A stretch of DNA of 37,184 nucleotides, taken from NCBI GenBank assembly GCA_016867255.1, contig VGKB01000002.1:1-37184 (forward strand), read 5' to 3'. Made by a program: the position numbers and the translations under genes. Source of the DNA: Candidatus Moraniibacteriota bacterium (lineage in GTDB: Bacteria > Patescibacteriota > Minisyncoccia > CAIUEV01). The notes below the pieces were generated by a model, which worked only from the letters and a program-made list of their open reading frames with translations, was not told where the DNA came from and did no database searches. Positions 25,562 to 35,011 of the stretch are shown here, one piece after another (position 1 is the stretch's first letter; the number at the start of each line of letters is the position of its first letter).

Positions 25562-26359
25562 TTATCCTTTCCCGATTATGTTATGCTCTCCGGCAACTTG
25601 TTCGCCCACGCCAAAATATAGCCGCCTGCCTTGCAAAACTTCAGTCGCGCCAACCAGTACTTCCTCTTTGTCTTTCAATAACTCATAGTTAAACGGCACG
25701 TCGGGCTTTAGCAATCTAGGCAAGTTATGCTGTGATTTAGGCCGCGCAATATCAAATATTATAGTTTCTTGGGGATTCTCCCGATTTTTTATCACGACAA
25801 AACTATGTGGTGTCGGATACTCATTGCTGTCTTTTGCATCATCCATACTAACTCCCCCAACATAGATTGACTCCAAACCAACCTTTTGGAGTAAATACTG
25901 ACCCAGCGCTGCTCGCTCCCCGCATTCAGTTTTTCCTATTAAGCTTGACAGCTTGGGTTTATTTTTGTTTTTGTTGTATACTTCTCTTCTTTCAAAAGAA
26001 CTTACATTATTTTTTGGATCAACCGCTAAAAGTTTATGCGTTTTGTTTTGGACTTGGCAGCAAACATAAAAAAGATAAGGATCAATTTGCGCTCCAACTT
26101 CTTCAAGCCAATCAAGAAAAGCTTTTTTGTTTTTTTGGAATAGAGACCTAATATTTTCCTCGTTAAAATTTTCGAGCCGATCATTAAAGCTTTCGAAATC
26201 CAATTCTAATTTTGTAGTCAGCTCACTGCTAAAAAGCGACCCTCCAAGTGGTAATTCTTGGCCGTTGCGCAGCTCTTCCGCCCATACGCCCCTATTCAGC
26301 GTTTTTAGTTCTTTTTCCCTCACTCGGTTTGCTAAAAGCTCTTCGTTTTCAAAACTCAT
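25562..26359 (-). CDS. Transglutaminase-like (Cys-His-Asp) protein
   Basis: TECGERAALGQYLL, PHSFVVI and IIFDIARP. Confidence 0.6.
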   Translation of the reverse strand: MSFENEELLANRVREKELKTLNRGVWAEELRNGQELPLGGSLFSSELTTKLELDFESFNDRLENFNEENIRSLFQKNKKAFLDWLEEVGAQIDPYLFYVCCQVQNKTHKLLAVDPKNNVSSFERREVYNKNKNKPKLSSLIGKTECGERAALGQYLLQKVGLESIYVGGVSMDDAKDSNEYPTPHSFVVIKNRENPQETIIFDIARPKSQHNLPRLLKPDVPFNYELLKDKEEVLVGATEVLQGRRLYFGVGEQVAGEHNIIGKG

Positions 26360-26432
26360 ATATTAGTCAATATTACGGTTTTTTTAAATAGCGCGGGTGT
26401 CAGTTTAAGGAAGGTTATGTGTTGCAAGCTTT

Positions 26433-27824
26433 CTAGCAGGCTTCTTTGTCTCCTCGCGTTAGGCAGCGCAGGAAGACCAAGAAGGTTTTAAATAAAATAA
26501 TGGTGTCCAGGGTAAGCGACCAGTTTTCAATGTAATAGGTGTCTAAGCCCACCTCTTCCTCAAAGTTCAAATCGGAGCTGCCGGATACCTGTGCCATACC
26601 GGTAATCCCCGGCTTGATTGCCAACACCTTGCGGTGGTGGGCCTTATATCTTTTCACTTCCTCCGGTTCGTGGGGGCGCGGGCCCACTAAACTCATATCC
26701 CCCACTAAAACATTAAACAGCTGAGGAAATTCATCAAGGCGCGTGCCGCGCAGAATTTTTCCGAAGCGCGTAATCCGCGGATCGTCCGTCATCTTGAAAA
26801 GCGGCCCGTCTTTTCTTTCGTTATATTTCATCAACTCTTTCTTTTTCGCCTGAGCGTTTTTCACCATAGAACGGAATTTAAACATCCGAAAGAGTTTTCC
26901 TTGAGAAACGCGGCGCAGCCGCACAAAAACCGGCCCCGGACTGTCCAGTTTTATTATTATCCCAATCGCTAAAAACAAAGGAGAGAGCAGTGCTAGGAGT
27001 AGCAGCGACCATACCACGTCCACTCCGCGTTTCAATACCCGGCCCCAGCCATCCAGCGGAGTGCGCTTTATCTCAACCACCGGGAAACCGGCTACGCTTC
27101 TGATTTCAATGTTAGTGGCCCGGGCGGCAAATAAATTCGGCACATACTTGAAATCAATCCGGTTCAGCTCGCAAAAACGAGCTAATAGGTTAGCTTGCTG
27201 AATGGGCATTCTGGGATCGCATTGGATCACCTCATCCACTTTGCTTTTAAACTCAAGCAACTTTTCTTTGCTCACCTCTTTTATTCTTCCCACAATTTTA
27301 TAAGGCAGTTTTTTGTCTTTGCGGAAAAAAACAGCCATATTCTCACAGATGTCGTTGTCGCCCACCAGGAGCACCCGATGCAAACCAATATTTCTTCCTC
27401 GGGCCAATTTCCGCTGGACCAGACGCACCAGATATCTCTCCAAAGAAACAAAAATGATAATCAAAAACCAGCTGCCTAGCAGAATAAATCGGGAAGAAAA
27501 GAGATCCCGGTACAAAAACACGGCGATAATGAAAATTACCAGCGCCGCCGAAGTAGCCCCCAAAATTTTGATAAATTCTTTGAGTAGACTGCGGGTTACT
27601 TTCATAGAATAAAGCCCCTCAATCGCGTATACCGCCACAACGAAAATTCCCAAAAGGAGAGCCATTTTGAAATACTCGCCGAATTTGAGCTCGTAAAGTA
27701 GCGGGTAATTTTCAATTATGGGACCAAAGAAGCGCAAATAGAAAACCAAAATTGCCGCCCCTACAATAGAGAGGTAGTCTAAAGGAACCAAGATTGAGTT
27801 AAAAACCAGTTCCGATTTTTTCAT
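26433..27824 (-). CDS. Polyprenyl glycosylphosphotransferase (WcaJ/WbaP-type priming sugar transferase)
   Basis: KFRSMV, DDPRITRFG, RLDEFPQLFNVLVGDMSLVGPRP, KPGITGMAQV. Confidence 0.95.
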   Translation of the reverse strand: MKKSELVFNSILVPLDYLSIVGAAILVFYLRFFGPIIENYPLLYELKFGEYFKMALLLGIFVVAVYAIEGLYSMKVTRSLLKEFIKILGATSAALVIFIIAVFLYRDLFSSRFILLGSWFLIIIFVSLERYLVRLVQRKLARGRNIGLHRVLLVGDNDICENMAVFFRKDKKLPYKIVGRIKEVSKEKLLEFKSKVDEVIQCDPRMPIQQANLLARFCELNRIDFKYVPNLFAARATNIEIRSVAGFPVVEIKRTPLDGWGRVLKRGVDVVWSLLLLALLSPLFLAIGIIIKLDSPGPVFVRLRRVSQGKLFRMFKFRSMVKNAQAKKKELMKYNERKDGPLFKMTDDPRITRFGKILRGTRLDEFPQLFNVLVGDMSLVGPRPHEPEEVKRYKAHHRKVLAIKPGITGMAQVSGSSDLNFEEEVGLDTYYIENWSLTLDTIILFKTFLVFLRCLTRGDKEAC

Positions 27825-27953
27825 CTTGAAAATTTTGCTATAATACTAACCGATACGAACATTCTTACCGCTAAATATGGATTTGGAAAGAGTCGGCTAT
27901 AAAGATTAGCGTTTTGGTCGCGGCGGGTTGTGTTGGAATTTGGAATTTAGAAT

Positions 27954-29057
27954 TTAATTTTTCTTCTTTTTACTGTCTTTCTTCTCGCCGGCTTTGTTGG
28001 CGTTTTGGTTTTGGCTGTCTTGGTCGCCCGGCGGATTCTCTTCCTCCGCCTTTTTAGAGTCTTCACTGTATTCCGGCTTCAGTTTATAAAAAATCCTGTC
28101 CACGATTCGCAAATCAACATACTCTAAACAGTCTGTGCTCTTCTGCTCCTCCGCCAGATTTTGGCTGATCGTCTGGTCTAAAAGCGCCAAACTTTTCTCC
28201 AAATCAAAATTAATGTCAAAATAAGCGATCCATCCTTCTTTGGTGTGCACTCGGATTTCTTCCGCCGACGGTAGCGGAACGGACAAAAAACCGACTTCTT
28301 TTCTGGTAATCTCAGTAAAATTCTTAGCGATGCCGTTGGCAAAGGCAACCAACTTCGCGCTAGTGGCCGCGCTGCCTAAAGGAATTGCCTTCCCCGAGTT
28401 ATCTTGGATGATTACCACTCCCACATTAAGATTCAGCGCTTCAGTGTAAGTACTTTTATTGTAAGCTACCCCCTCCTCGTCTACCCAGGTGCATCCCTTA
28501 TCACTGCAAAAAAGAAGCACCGCCTTCTTTTCTTTTACTGAGATGACGAGCGAATGCGGCAAGAATTTTTTTATCTCCACCGAGCTAATTCTTTTGTAAT
28601 TACCGAGCAGTTCTTTTTCTATTTGCCTAACCGGCACCAAAAAAAAATTATTGGAAGGAAAAATCCAGAAACGCTTTTTATGTAAATATGGCTCCGCTGT
28701 GCCTAATATTGTCTTTTGGTCAACAATATTGTTCCCCTCCACGGATAGGTTATGTATTTCCAGCCATTCCGAAAAAAACAGGAAATAAAAAACTCCCGCA
28801 AATAAAAGCCCAAATAAGGTATAGTAAACCAATCTGGCAAAAAAAAGCCGGACCTGGGAAACAATAACGCGCGGGGTGCGCAAATTCACCCGGGGCCTTT
28901 TCATAAATCTCAGGCTTCTGTTCGGTGAGGAAAGTCCACGCCCCACTAATCTATATTTATACCGGTTGGAAGATTTTTTCTTAAAAAGGAACACTGGTTG
29001 TGGATAAATTTGGAATTTTGAATTTAGAATCTCGGATTTAAAACATGGAGTTCTCAA
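27954..29057 (-). CDS. ftsQ: Cell division protein FtsQ/DivIB-like (true start possibly GTG 28994)
   Basis: Basic tail, one TM segment, POTRA-like IHNLSVEGN...LPHSLVISVKE, C-terminal LEYVDLR. Confidence 0.8.
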   Translation of the reverse strand: MRTPCFKSEILNSKFQIYPQPVFLFKKKSSNRYKYRLVGRGLSSPNRSLRFMKRPRVNLRTPRVIVSQVRLFFARLVYYTLFGLLFAGVFYFLFFSEWLEIHNLSVEGNNIVDQKTILGTAEPYLHKKRFWIFPSNNFFLVPVRQIEKELLGNYKRISSVEIKKFLPHSLVISVKEKKAVLLFCSDKGCTWVDEEGVAYNKSTYTEALNLNVGVVIIQDNSGKAIPLGSAATSAKLVAFANGIAKNFTEITRKEVGFLSVPLPSAEEIRVHTKEGWIAYFDINFDLEKSLALLDQTISQNLAEEQKSTDCLEYVDLRIVDRIFYKLKPEYSEDSKKAEEENPPGDQDSQNQNANKAGEKKDSKKKKN

Positions 29058-29070
29058 TCTTAACCTTATT

Positions 29071-30768
29071 CTAGCTTTTCGGCAGTCCCCGGCGGCTGGA
29101 TTTTCGGAGCCATGTTTTTATTTTACTCCTCGCTTGGCTGGTCTTCACAAATTCCAACCATTTGCGATCCGGGTTTTTCTTGGAACGATTCGTGACAATT
29201 TCCACTACTTCCCCATTACTAATCTTATAATCCAGCGGCACTTTCTGCCCGTTTACCGCAGCGCCAATGCAAGAATGCCCCACCTCAGTATGGACCAGAT
29301 AAGCAAAATCCACCGGCGTAGCCCCTTCCGGTAAATTAATCACATCCCCTTTGGGAGTAAAAGCGAAAATGCGATCCTGAAAGAAATCAATTTTTAAGCT
29401 TTCAAAAAACTCTTTTGGGTCTCCGCCGATTTCTTTATGCCAATTTTCAAGCTGTTTTACCCATGCCAACTCCTTAAGGTTTATGTGTTTGGCCGGCTGG
29501 CTGCGTGGCAAAAAGTAGCTGTAAAAACTTCTTTGTTCGGTATAAATCCAATGGGCCGCGATGCCGAACTCCGCTTCGTAGTGCATTTGAGGGGTACGGA
29601 TCTGCACTTCAATTATCTCTTTGCCCGGCCCAAAAATAGTGGTATGAAGACTGCGATACCCATTTGGCTTGGGAAGAGAAATATAGTCTTTTATCCTTCC
29701 GATAAGCGGCTTGTAGTACTTGTGGATTATCCCCAAAACCTCGTAGCAATTGGCGACTTCCGGCACGATAATCCGAATGGCTACTAAATCATAAATTCGG
29801 GAAAGGTTCATATGATGGCGGAGTAGTTTATGATAAAGACTGTAAAGATGTTTAGCCCGCCCGTGAATGTCAATGATTTTTTGGTTTTCTTTCGCCAGAA
29901 CCTCTCTCATTTCCTCAATCGCTTGGGCTACCGCCTTTTCCTTTTGGCGAAACTTGCCCCGAGTCATTTTTTCAATTTCCCGGTATTTCCTGGGATAAAC
30001 ATAAGAAAAAGCCAGGTCTTCCAACATACTTTTTATTCCGCCAATGCCCAGCCGGTTAGCGATGGGGGCATAAATTTCCATTGTCTCTTTAGCAATGCGG
30101 TACTGTTTTTGCGGCGGGAGGACATCCAAGGTCTGCATATTATGCAGCCGGTCAGCCAGTTTTATGAGAATAATCCGAATATCCGCGGCCATTGCCAAAA
30201 TCATACGCCGTAAATTTTCCAGATAGACGTACTCTCTGTCTATCTTGTGCATTTCTTTTTCCGCTGCTGTTTTTTCTTTTTCTCTGTTTTTGTAACCATC
30301 ATCCTCTCCCTCTTCAAAATCACTTAATATTTTTTTCTTCTCTTTTTCCTCTTCTTCTGTTTCCTTTTTGGAACGCTCTTCCCCAATGTCTTGATTTTTA
30401 TCTCTCTGCCAGCTTGTTTGGGCTCTTTCTTTACTTAACCTCACATTGCCAATTTTTGTTACCCCGTTTACCAAAAAGGCGATTTCCTCGCCAAATTCCT
30501 TTTTTACCTCTTCCAGAGAGACTCCTGTGTCTTCGGCAATGTCGTGCAGAATCCCGGCCACGATCGTTTCGCTGGTCATTCCCATCTTAGCCAAAGTAAA
30601 CGCCGTGTGCAGCGGATGCTGAATATAGTCTTCTCCCGATTTCCTTTTTTGACCTTCATGGCCAATTATAGCAAACTCATGGGCCTTGCGGAGAAGTTTT
30701 ACATCCACTCTGCCCATGCGCGACTTGGCCATATTAATCACATTTTCAATGGTAATATTGTCAATCAT
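29071..30768 (-). CDS. relA: RelA/SpoT (p)ppGpp synthetase/hydrolase (HD, SYNTH and TGS domains; no ACT)
   Basis: HEGQKRKSGEDYIQHP, LHDIAED, KLADRLHNM, PKPNGYRSLHT, EVQIRT, TPVDFAY. Confidence 0.95.
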   Translation of the reverse strand: MIDNITIENVINMAKSRMGRVDVKLLRKAHEFAIIGHEGQKRKSGEDYIQHPLHTAFTLAKMGMTSETIVAGILHDIAEDTGVSLEEVKKEFGEEIAFLVNGVTKIGNVRLSKERAQTSWQRDKNQDIGEERSKKETEEEEKEKKKILSDFEEGEDDGYKNREKEKTAAEKEMHKIDREYVYLENLRRMILAMAADIRIILIKLADRLHNMQTLDVLPPQKQYRIAKETMEIYAPIANRLGIGGIKSMLEDLAFSYVYPRKYREIEKMTRGKFRQKEKAVAQAIEEMREVLAKENQKIIDIHGRAKHLYSLYHKLLRHHMNLSRIYDLVAIRIIVPEVANCYEVLGIIHKYYKPLIGRIKDYISLPKPNGYRSLHTTIFGPGKEIIEVQIRTPQMHYEAEFGIAAHWIYTEQRSFYSYFLPRSQPAKHINLKELAWVKQLENWHKEIGGDPKEFFESLKIDFFQDRIFAFTPKGDVINLPEGATPVDFAYLVHTEVGHSCIGAAVNGQKVPLDYKISNGEVVEIVTNRSKKNPDRKWLEFVKTSQARSKIKTWLRKSSRRGLPKS

Positions 30769-30889
30769 GTCTTACCGGAATAATTTTTTTAGTCTAAAAT
30801 GGTCTGGTGTTGTAATAATTAGAATCCCGAATTTGGAATCTAGAATTTAGAATTTAGTGCTTGATATTATAGTATAACAGTAAAACGCC

Positions 30890-31546
30890 ATGTTCAACCA
30901 AAAATTGCATATAAATCACAATTTTAGTTCTGCGCCACACGGCACTGGACCCCGAACCGGACAACTCAGGACGGCGGGGCGGGGCCCCGGACCAGACGGT
31001 ACCGGGCGGGGCGGGGCTATATTGGCGAGTGTTCTAGAAACCGCTCAGGTTATCCTTTTTTCGCTTGCCATTGTTCTTGTTGTGAGGGCTTATCTTATCC
31101 AGCCTTTTTTGGTAAAGGGCGCCAGCATGGAACCAAATTTCCAAGACGGCAACTATCTAATTATTGACGAGATCTCCTATCGGCTGCGTCAGCCTGAAAG
31201 AGGCGAGGTGGTGGTTTTTAAATATCCACGCGATCCAAAACAATACTTTATCAAAAGAATCGTAGGCCTGCCCAAAGAGAGGATTGAAATAAAAGACCAA
31301 AAAATCAAGATCTACAACGGCGAGTTCCCGGAAGGCAAAGAGTTGGACGAAAGCTATCTAGAAAAAGAAAGTATCACTAAAGGGAACATAACCGTTCAGC
31401 TGGGCGCCCAAGAGTATTTTGTTTTAGGAGATAACCGCCAGCAAAGCTCTGACTCGCGATTCTGGGGGCCGCTGCCAAAAGAGTTTATCATCGGCCGGAC
31501 TTGGCTGCGCGCCTGGCCATTGGATGAGATTTCAATCTTCAAATAG
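30890..31546 (+). CDS. lepB: Signal peptidase I
   Basis: GASMEPN (Ser), FIKRIVGLP (Lys), GDNR..SSDSR. Confidence 0.95.
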   Translation: MFNQKLHINHNFSSAPHGTGPRTGQLRTAGRGPGPDGTGRGGAILASVLETAQVILFSLAIVLVVRAYLIQPFLVKGASMEPNFQDGNYLIIDEISYRLRQPERGEVVVFKYPRDPKQYFIKRIVGLPKERIEIKDQKIKIYNGEFPEGKELDESYLEKESITKGNITVQLGAQEYFVLGDNRQQSSDSRFWGPLPKEFIIGRTWLRAWPLDEISIFK

Positions 31547-31577
31547 GTCCAATAAGTCCTATATGATTTATTGGACG

Positions 31578-33482
31578 CTACACTTCAATAATTACCGGCA
31601 AAATCATCGGTCTTCTTTGGGTCTTGTTAAACAAATACTGTCCCATATCGTCGCGAATAGAGCTGCGAACATATTCCCAGTTAATAGGATATCCCCCGCG
31701 AGTTTTCTGTTCAATGATTTTCTTAATTTCCATTCGGGCCTCTTTTAGTAATTCCTGATTGTTGCGCATATAGATAAAACCGCGGGAAATGAGGTCGGCG
31801 TTCCCAATCTGTTTGCCAGTATTGCCGTCAATTACCACAATTACGGTGAACATCCCGTCCTGAGCCAACTGCTGGCGCTCGCGCAAAACCACATTGCCCA
31901 CATCACCCACACCTAATCCGTCTACCATAACGTAATTGGCGGGAACCTTTTCGCGGGTAAGGCGGCCATTCTTTTTTTCGTCAAATTCAATAATCTGCCC
32001 ATTTTCCGCAATCAAAATATTTTCTTCCGGCATAATGCGCAAATTTCGGGCGGTTTCACCGTGTTGGCGCAACATATAGTGGTTGCCGTGTATGGGAATC
32101 AGGTATTTCGGCTTTACGATATTAAGCATAAGCTTCAACTCTTCCCTTTTAGCGTGCCCTCCCGAATGCACGTCCATCATTTGATAGTGCACCACCTTGA
32201 CTCCCATTTTAGATAAACCATCTTTTAGATACTGCACCGTCCGCTCATTGCCGGGGATCACCGAAGAAGAGAAGATAATTGTATCGCCTCTTTCCAGATG
32301 CACGTGTTTGTGCTCTCCGTTAGCAATCCGCATTAATACCGCGTTATCCTCCCCTTGTGCTCCAGTGCACATAATAATTATCTTGTTGCGCGGGTAGTGG
32401 TTTATCTCCCGAATGTCAATGAAAGTTCCTTTTTGAGCTTTAATGTAGCCCATGCGGCGAGCAATCTCAACGTTAGCTTTCATGCTAAACCCGTCCACTG
32501 CCACCTTCCGGCCGTTTCTTTCGGCAATCTCCACCATATGGCGGATTCGGGTCAGCAAGCTGGAAAAGGTTCCGGCAATCACCCTGCCTTCCGCTTTTTG
32601 AATGATTTCGGCAAAATTATCCTTCACTTCCGATTCGGAAATGGAATATCCCGGATGCCCCGCATCGGTGGAGTCAGACATTAAAACCAATACTCCCTTT
32701 TCGGAAAAGCGGGCGATTCGCCCAATGTCAGTTGGCCGGTCGCCAATAGGATTTTGGTCAAACTTAAAGTCGCCAGTGTGCATAATAAGGCCAACGGGTG
32801 TGTGGATCGCCAAGCCTAAAGAGTCAGGGATACTGTGGCAAACATGAAAAAATTCCAATCCAAAAACTCCCAGCTGCAGATAATCTTCATCGCTTACCGA
32901 TTGAATCCGCAATCTTGGCCCATCCTTGTATTCTTCCTGTCTCTTTAAGATTACGGCTTTGGTCATTGCCCCGGTGTAAATCGGCGGGTTACCTAAAACT
33001 TTTACATGGTGAGGAATGGCGCCGATGTGGTCTAGGTGGCCGTGGGTAACAATAATCCCCCGGATGTTTTCAATTTTATCGCGCAGGTAACGGGAGTTGG
33101 GAATGATATAATCAATGCCGTGCATATCTTCTTCCGGGAATTGCAAGCCCATGTCCACGATGATAATGTCCTTGCCATACTCAAAGACCGTCATATTGCG
33201 GCCCACTTCCTCCAGCCCGCCCAAGGGAATAATGCGGAGCTTTTTTTCTTTCGGTTTAATTTCGGTTTTGGGCGATGCGGGGCCAATATTTCTCCGATCG
33301 CCTCCCTGCCCATTCCCATTCCCGTTAGAAATAGAAATAATATTTAACTGAGGCCCTCTCTTCGCGTCCAACGACGCGGAACCACGCTCCAAGGGAGTTT
33401 GGGGCGAAATGGGGCGATCAGAGACTCTTCTAGATTGTTTCCTTTTTTTACTAAACCGTTTTGTTTTTTTGTTTTCAGACAT
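31578..33482 (-). CDS. rnj: Ribonuclease J
   Basis: PLGGLEEVGRNM, THGHLDHIG, HTGDFK, HSGGH, RRPMILPVI. Confidence 0.97.
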   Translation of the reverse strand: MSENKKTKRFSKKRKQSRRVSDRPISPQTPLERGSASLDAKRGPQLNIISISNGNGNGQGGDRRNIGPASPKTEIKPKEKKLRIIPLGGLEEVGRNMTVFEYGKDIIIVDMGLQFPEEDMHGIDYIIPNSRYLRDKIENIRGIIVTHGHLDHIGAIPHHVKVLGNPPIYTGAMTKAVILKRQEEYKDGPRLRIQSVSDEDYLQLGVFGLEFFHVCHSIPDSLGLAIHTPVGLIMHTGDFKFDQNPIGDRPTDIGRIARFSEKGVLVLMSDSTDAGHPGYSISESEVKDNFAEIIQKAEGRVIAGTFSSLLTRIRHMVEIAERNGRKVAVDGFSMKANVEIARRMGYIKAQKGTFIDIREINHYPRNKIIIMCTGAQGEDNAVLMRIANGEHKHVHLERGDTIIFSSSVIPGNERTVQYLKDGLSKMGVKVVHYQMMDVHSGGHAKREELKLMLNIVKPKYLIPIHGNHYMLRQHGETARNLRIMPEENILIAENGQIIEFDEKKNGRLTREKVPANYVMVDGLGVGDVGNVVLRERQQLAQDGMFTVIVVIDGNTGKQIGNADLISRGFIYMRNNQELLKEARMEIKKIIEQKTRGGYPINWEYVRSSIRDDMGQYLFNKTQRRPMILPVIIEV

Positions 33483-33513
33483 ATAAATAATTAAAAATTT
33501 AAAAATAATAAAG

Positions 33514-33598
33514 TGCCGGAGAGGAGAGTTGAACTCCTACCACCCTAAGGGTGACAACGCCCTGAACGTTGCGTGTCTGCCAATTCCACCACTCCGGC
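33514..33598 (-). tRNA. tRNA-Leu(CAG)
   Basis: GCCGGAG/CTCCGGC acceptor stem, CAACG-TTCAGGG-CGTTG anticodon arm, long variable arm, TTCAACT T-loop; CCA not encoded. Confidence 0.95.
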
Positions 33599-33710
33599 GT
33601 CTTTCGCTAAAGCTCCAGAACGCCTAAAAGGTATTCCGTAGCCTTAGCGAAGGATACCACTCCGGCGTCTTTCGCTAAAGCTCCAGAACGCCTAAAAGGT
33701 ATTCCGTAGC
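33588..33710. repeat. 55-bp tandem duplication (period 68) overlapping the tRNA-Leu 5' end
   Basis: 33588-33642 is identical to 33656-33710. Confidence 0.9.
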
Positions 33711-33980
33711 TTCTTGGCAAAAATGTTTTTATTTTCTGGTTTGTTGCTTGTTTTAAATTATCAGTTATTGGCCGCAAAACATACGTTCAGTAATGTATAA
33801 ACTATCTAGATATAGCAGAAGCAGAAAAATGAGCAGCTTTCATTTTTGTTATTTTGAGCGCGAAGAAAATAAATAAAAAAGAAACAATCCTAAGTGCGTT
33901 TTTAGTTTAATTAACTAATAGCATATGTTTATTTTTTTGGCAAGCCCTTTTTATGGAGCTATATTCCATAAATTAGGTAC

Positions 33981-34018
33981 AAAAGAAAACTCGCCTACGG
34001 TGTTACCCAATAGGCGAG
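33981..34018 (-). terminator. Intrinsic terminator
   Basis: CTCGCCTA...TAGGCGAG followed by TTTTCTTTT on the minus strand. Confidence 0.7.
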
Positions 34019-34105
34019 AAATGTCGTGTGTTTACTTCGTTAAGCAAGAACTTGGAGAGCCTTAGCGAGAGAGGAACTAATTACAAAGCAAGGGTATTTG
34101 ACTTA

Positions 34106-34633
34106 TTATCGTTTCGGCCTTGGTCCTGTTGCCCCAAAATGACTCAACCAATATATGCCGGGAGATTCAATCGCTGGCATATCCAGAACTAAGGCATATT
34201 TGTCACCATCATATGTTTGCCACCCTTTGCTGTTCTCAATAAGCGAGCGCACGAATTCTTCAAGCTCGCCATAAAAGTTGACGAACCCACATCCATAGTC
34301 AACAAGGATGAAAAGTTTGTCGGGGAAAGGGGAAATGGATTTAAACCTTTTGAACAGATCGGGCGCGTTTCTCATGGTTGAGAGAAATTTGACCCATACT
34401 TCTTTGTTGCCCTTCATCAGACCGTTAAGTGTTTCTTCAAGGTTTTCCTGGAGATTTGTGATTCCACTCATGTAGCCTCCTCGGACTGAGTCGGTTTCTC
34501 TGGCCAGTTCAGCTACCCTTCGCCTGTTATTGTTAGTTGGCTCCTCCAAAAAAACCTCAATTGCATAAAGGTACTTACTCCACAACCTGCCTCTCTGTTC
34601 ATCTCTGGCAATGTCAGTTAGTGCGTCACTCAT
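34106..34633 (-). CDS. Hypothetical protein (self-contained cassette)
   Basis: 175 aa; AAGGAGG SD; TTGACT upstream; own terminator. Confidence 0.75.
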   Translation of the reverse strand: MSDALTDIARDEQRGRLWSKYLYAIEVFLEEPTNNNRRRVAELARETDSVRGGYMSGITNLQENLEETLNGLMKGNKEVWVKFLSTMRNAPDLFKRFKSISPFPDKLFILVDYGCGFVNFYGELEEFVRSLIENSKGWQTYDGDKYALVLDMPAIESPGIYWLSHFGATGPRPKR

Positions 34634-35011
34634 TGTTAAACCCTCCTTTATTTCGTGGTGCGTTAAGTGTAGAGAGCCTAATCAGTAGAGTCCTCACAAA
34701 ATATAACGGCGAAAAAATGTAGTCAAATTTTTTAGGGTTTTATGGAGAAAGATAAATTTGGGTTCAAAAGTCCGGCTTGGTAGGGGCTGGATATCCTATT
34801 GAACACCGAGTTCCTGAAGTTGTGGACACTGGCTATTTTTCGTGGAACACCTTTATTCAAAAATAGTGTTCATCCTGAGTTAAATTTAATAAAAATTTTA
34901 TCTGGATTTAACAATCGGTTTGTTAAAATAAACCATAATTGCCAAGCCAACCCAAATGTCAAAATTAAAAACTCAAAACAACAGCTCAAATCTCAAGTCT
35001 AATCTGAAATT

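Noticed and set aside
33588..33710. 68-bp-period repeat as a mini CRISPR
   Set aside because: 55 of 68 nt are duplicated, there are only two units, and it overlaps a tRNA.
34020..34100. Possible sRNA or tmRNA-like tag (…AKALQVLA*) before the terminator
   Set aside because: No tRNA-like domain or ALAA end; more likely a gene remnant or plain 3' UTR.
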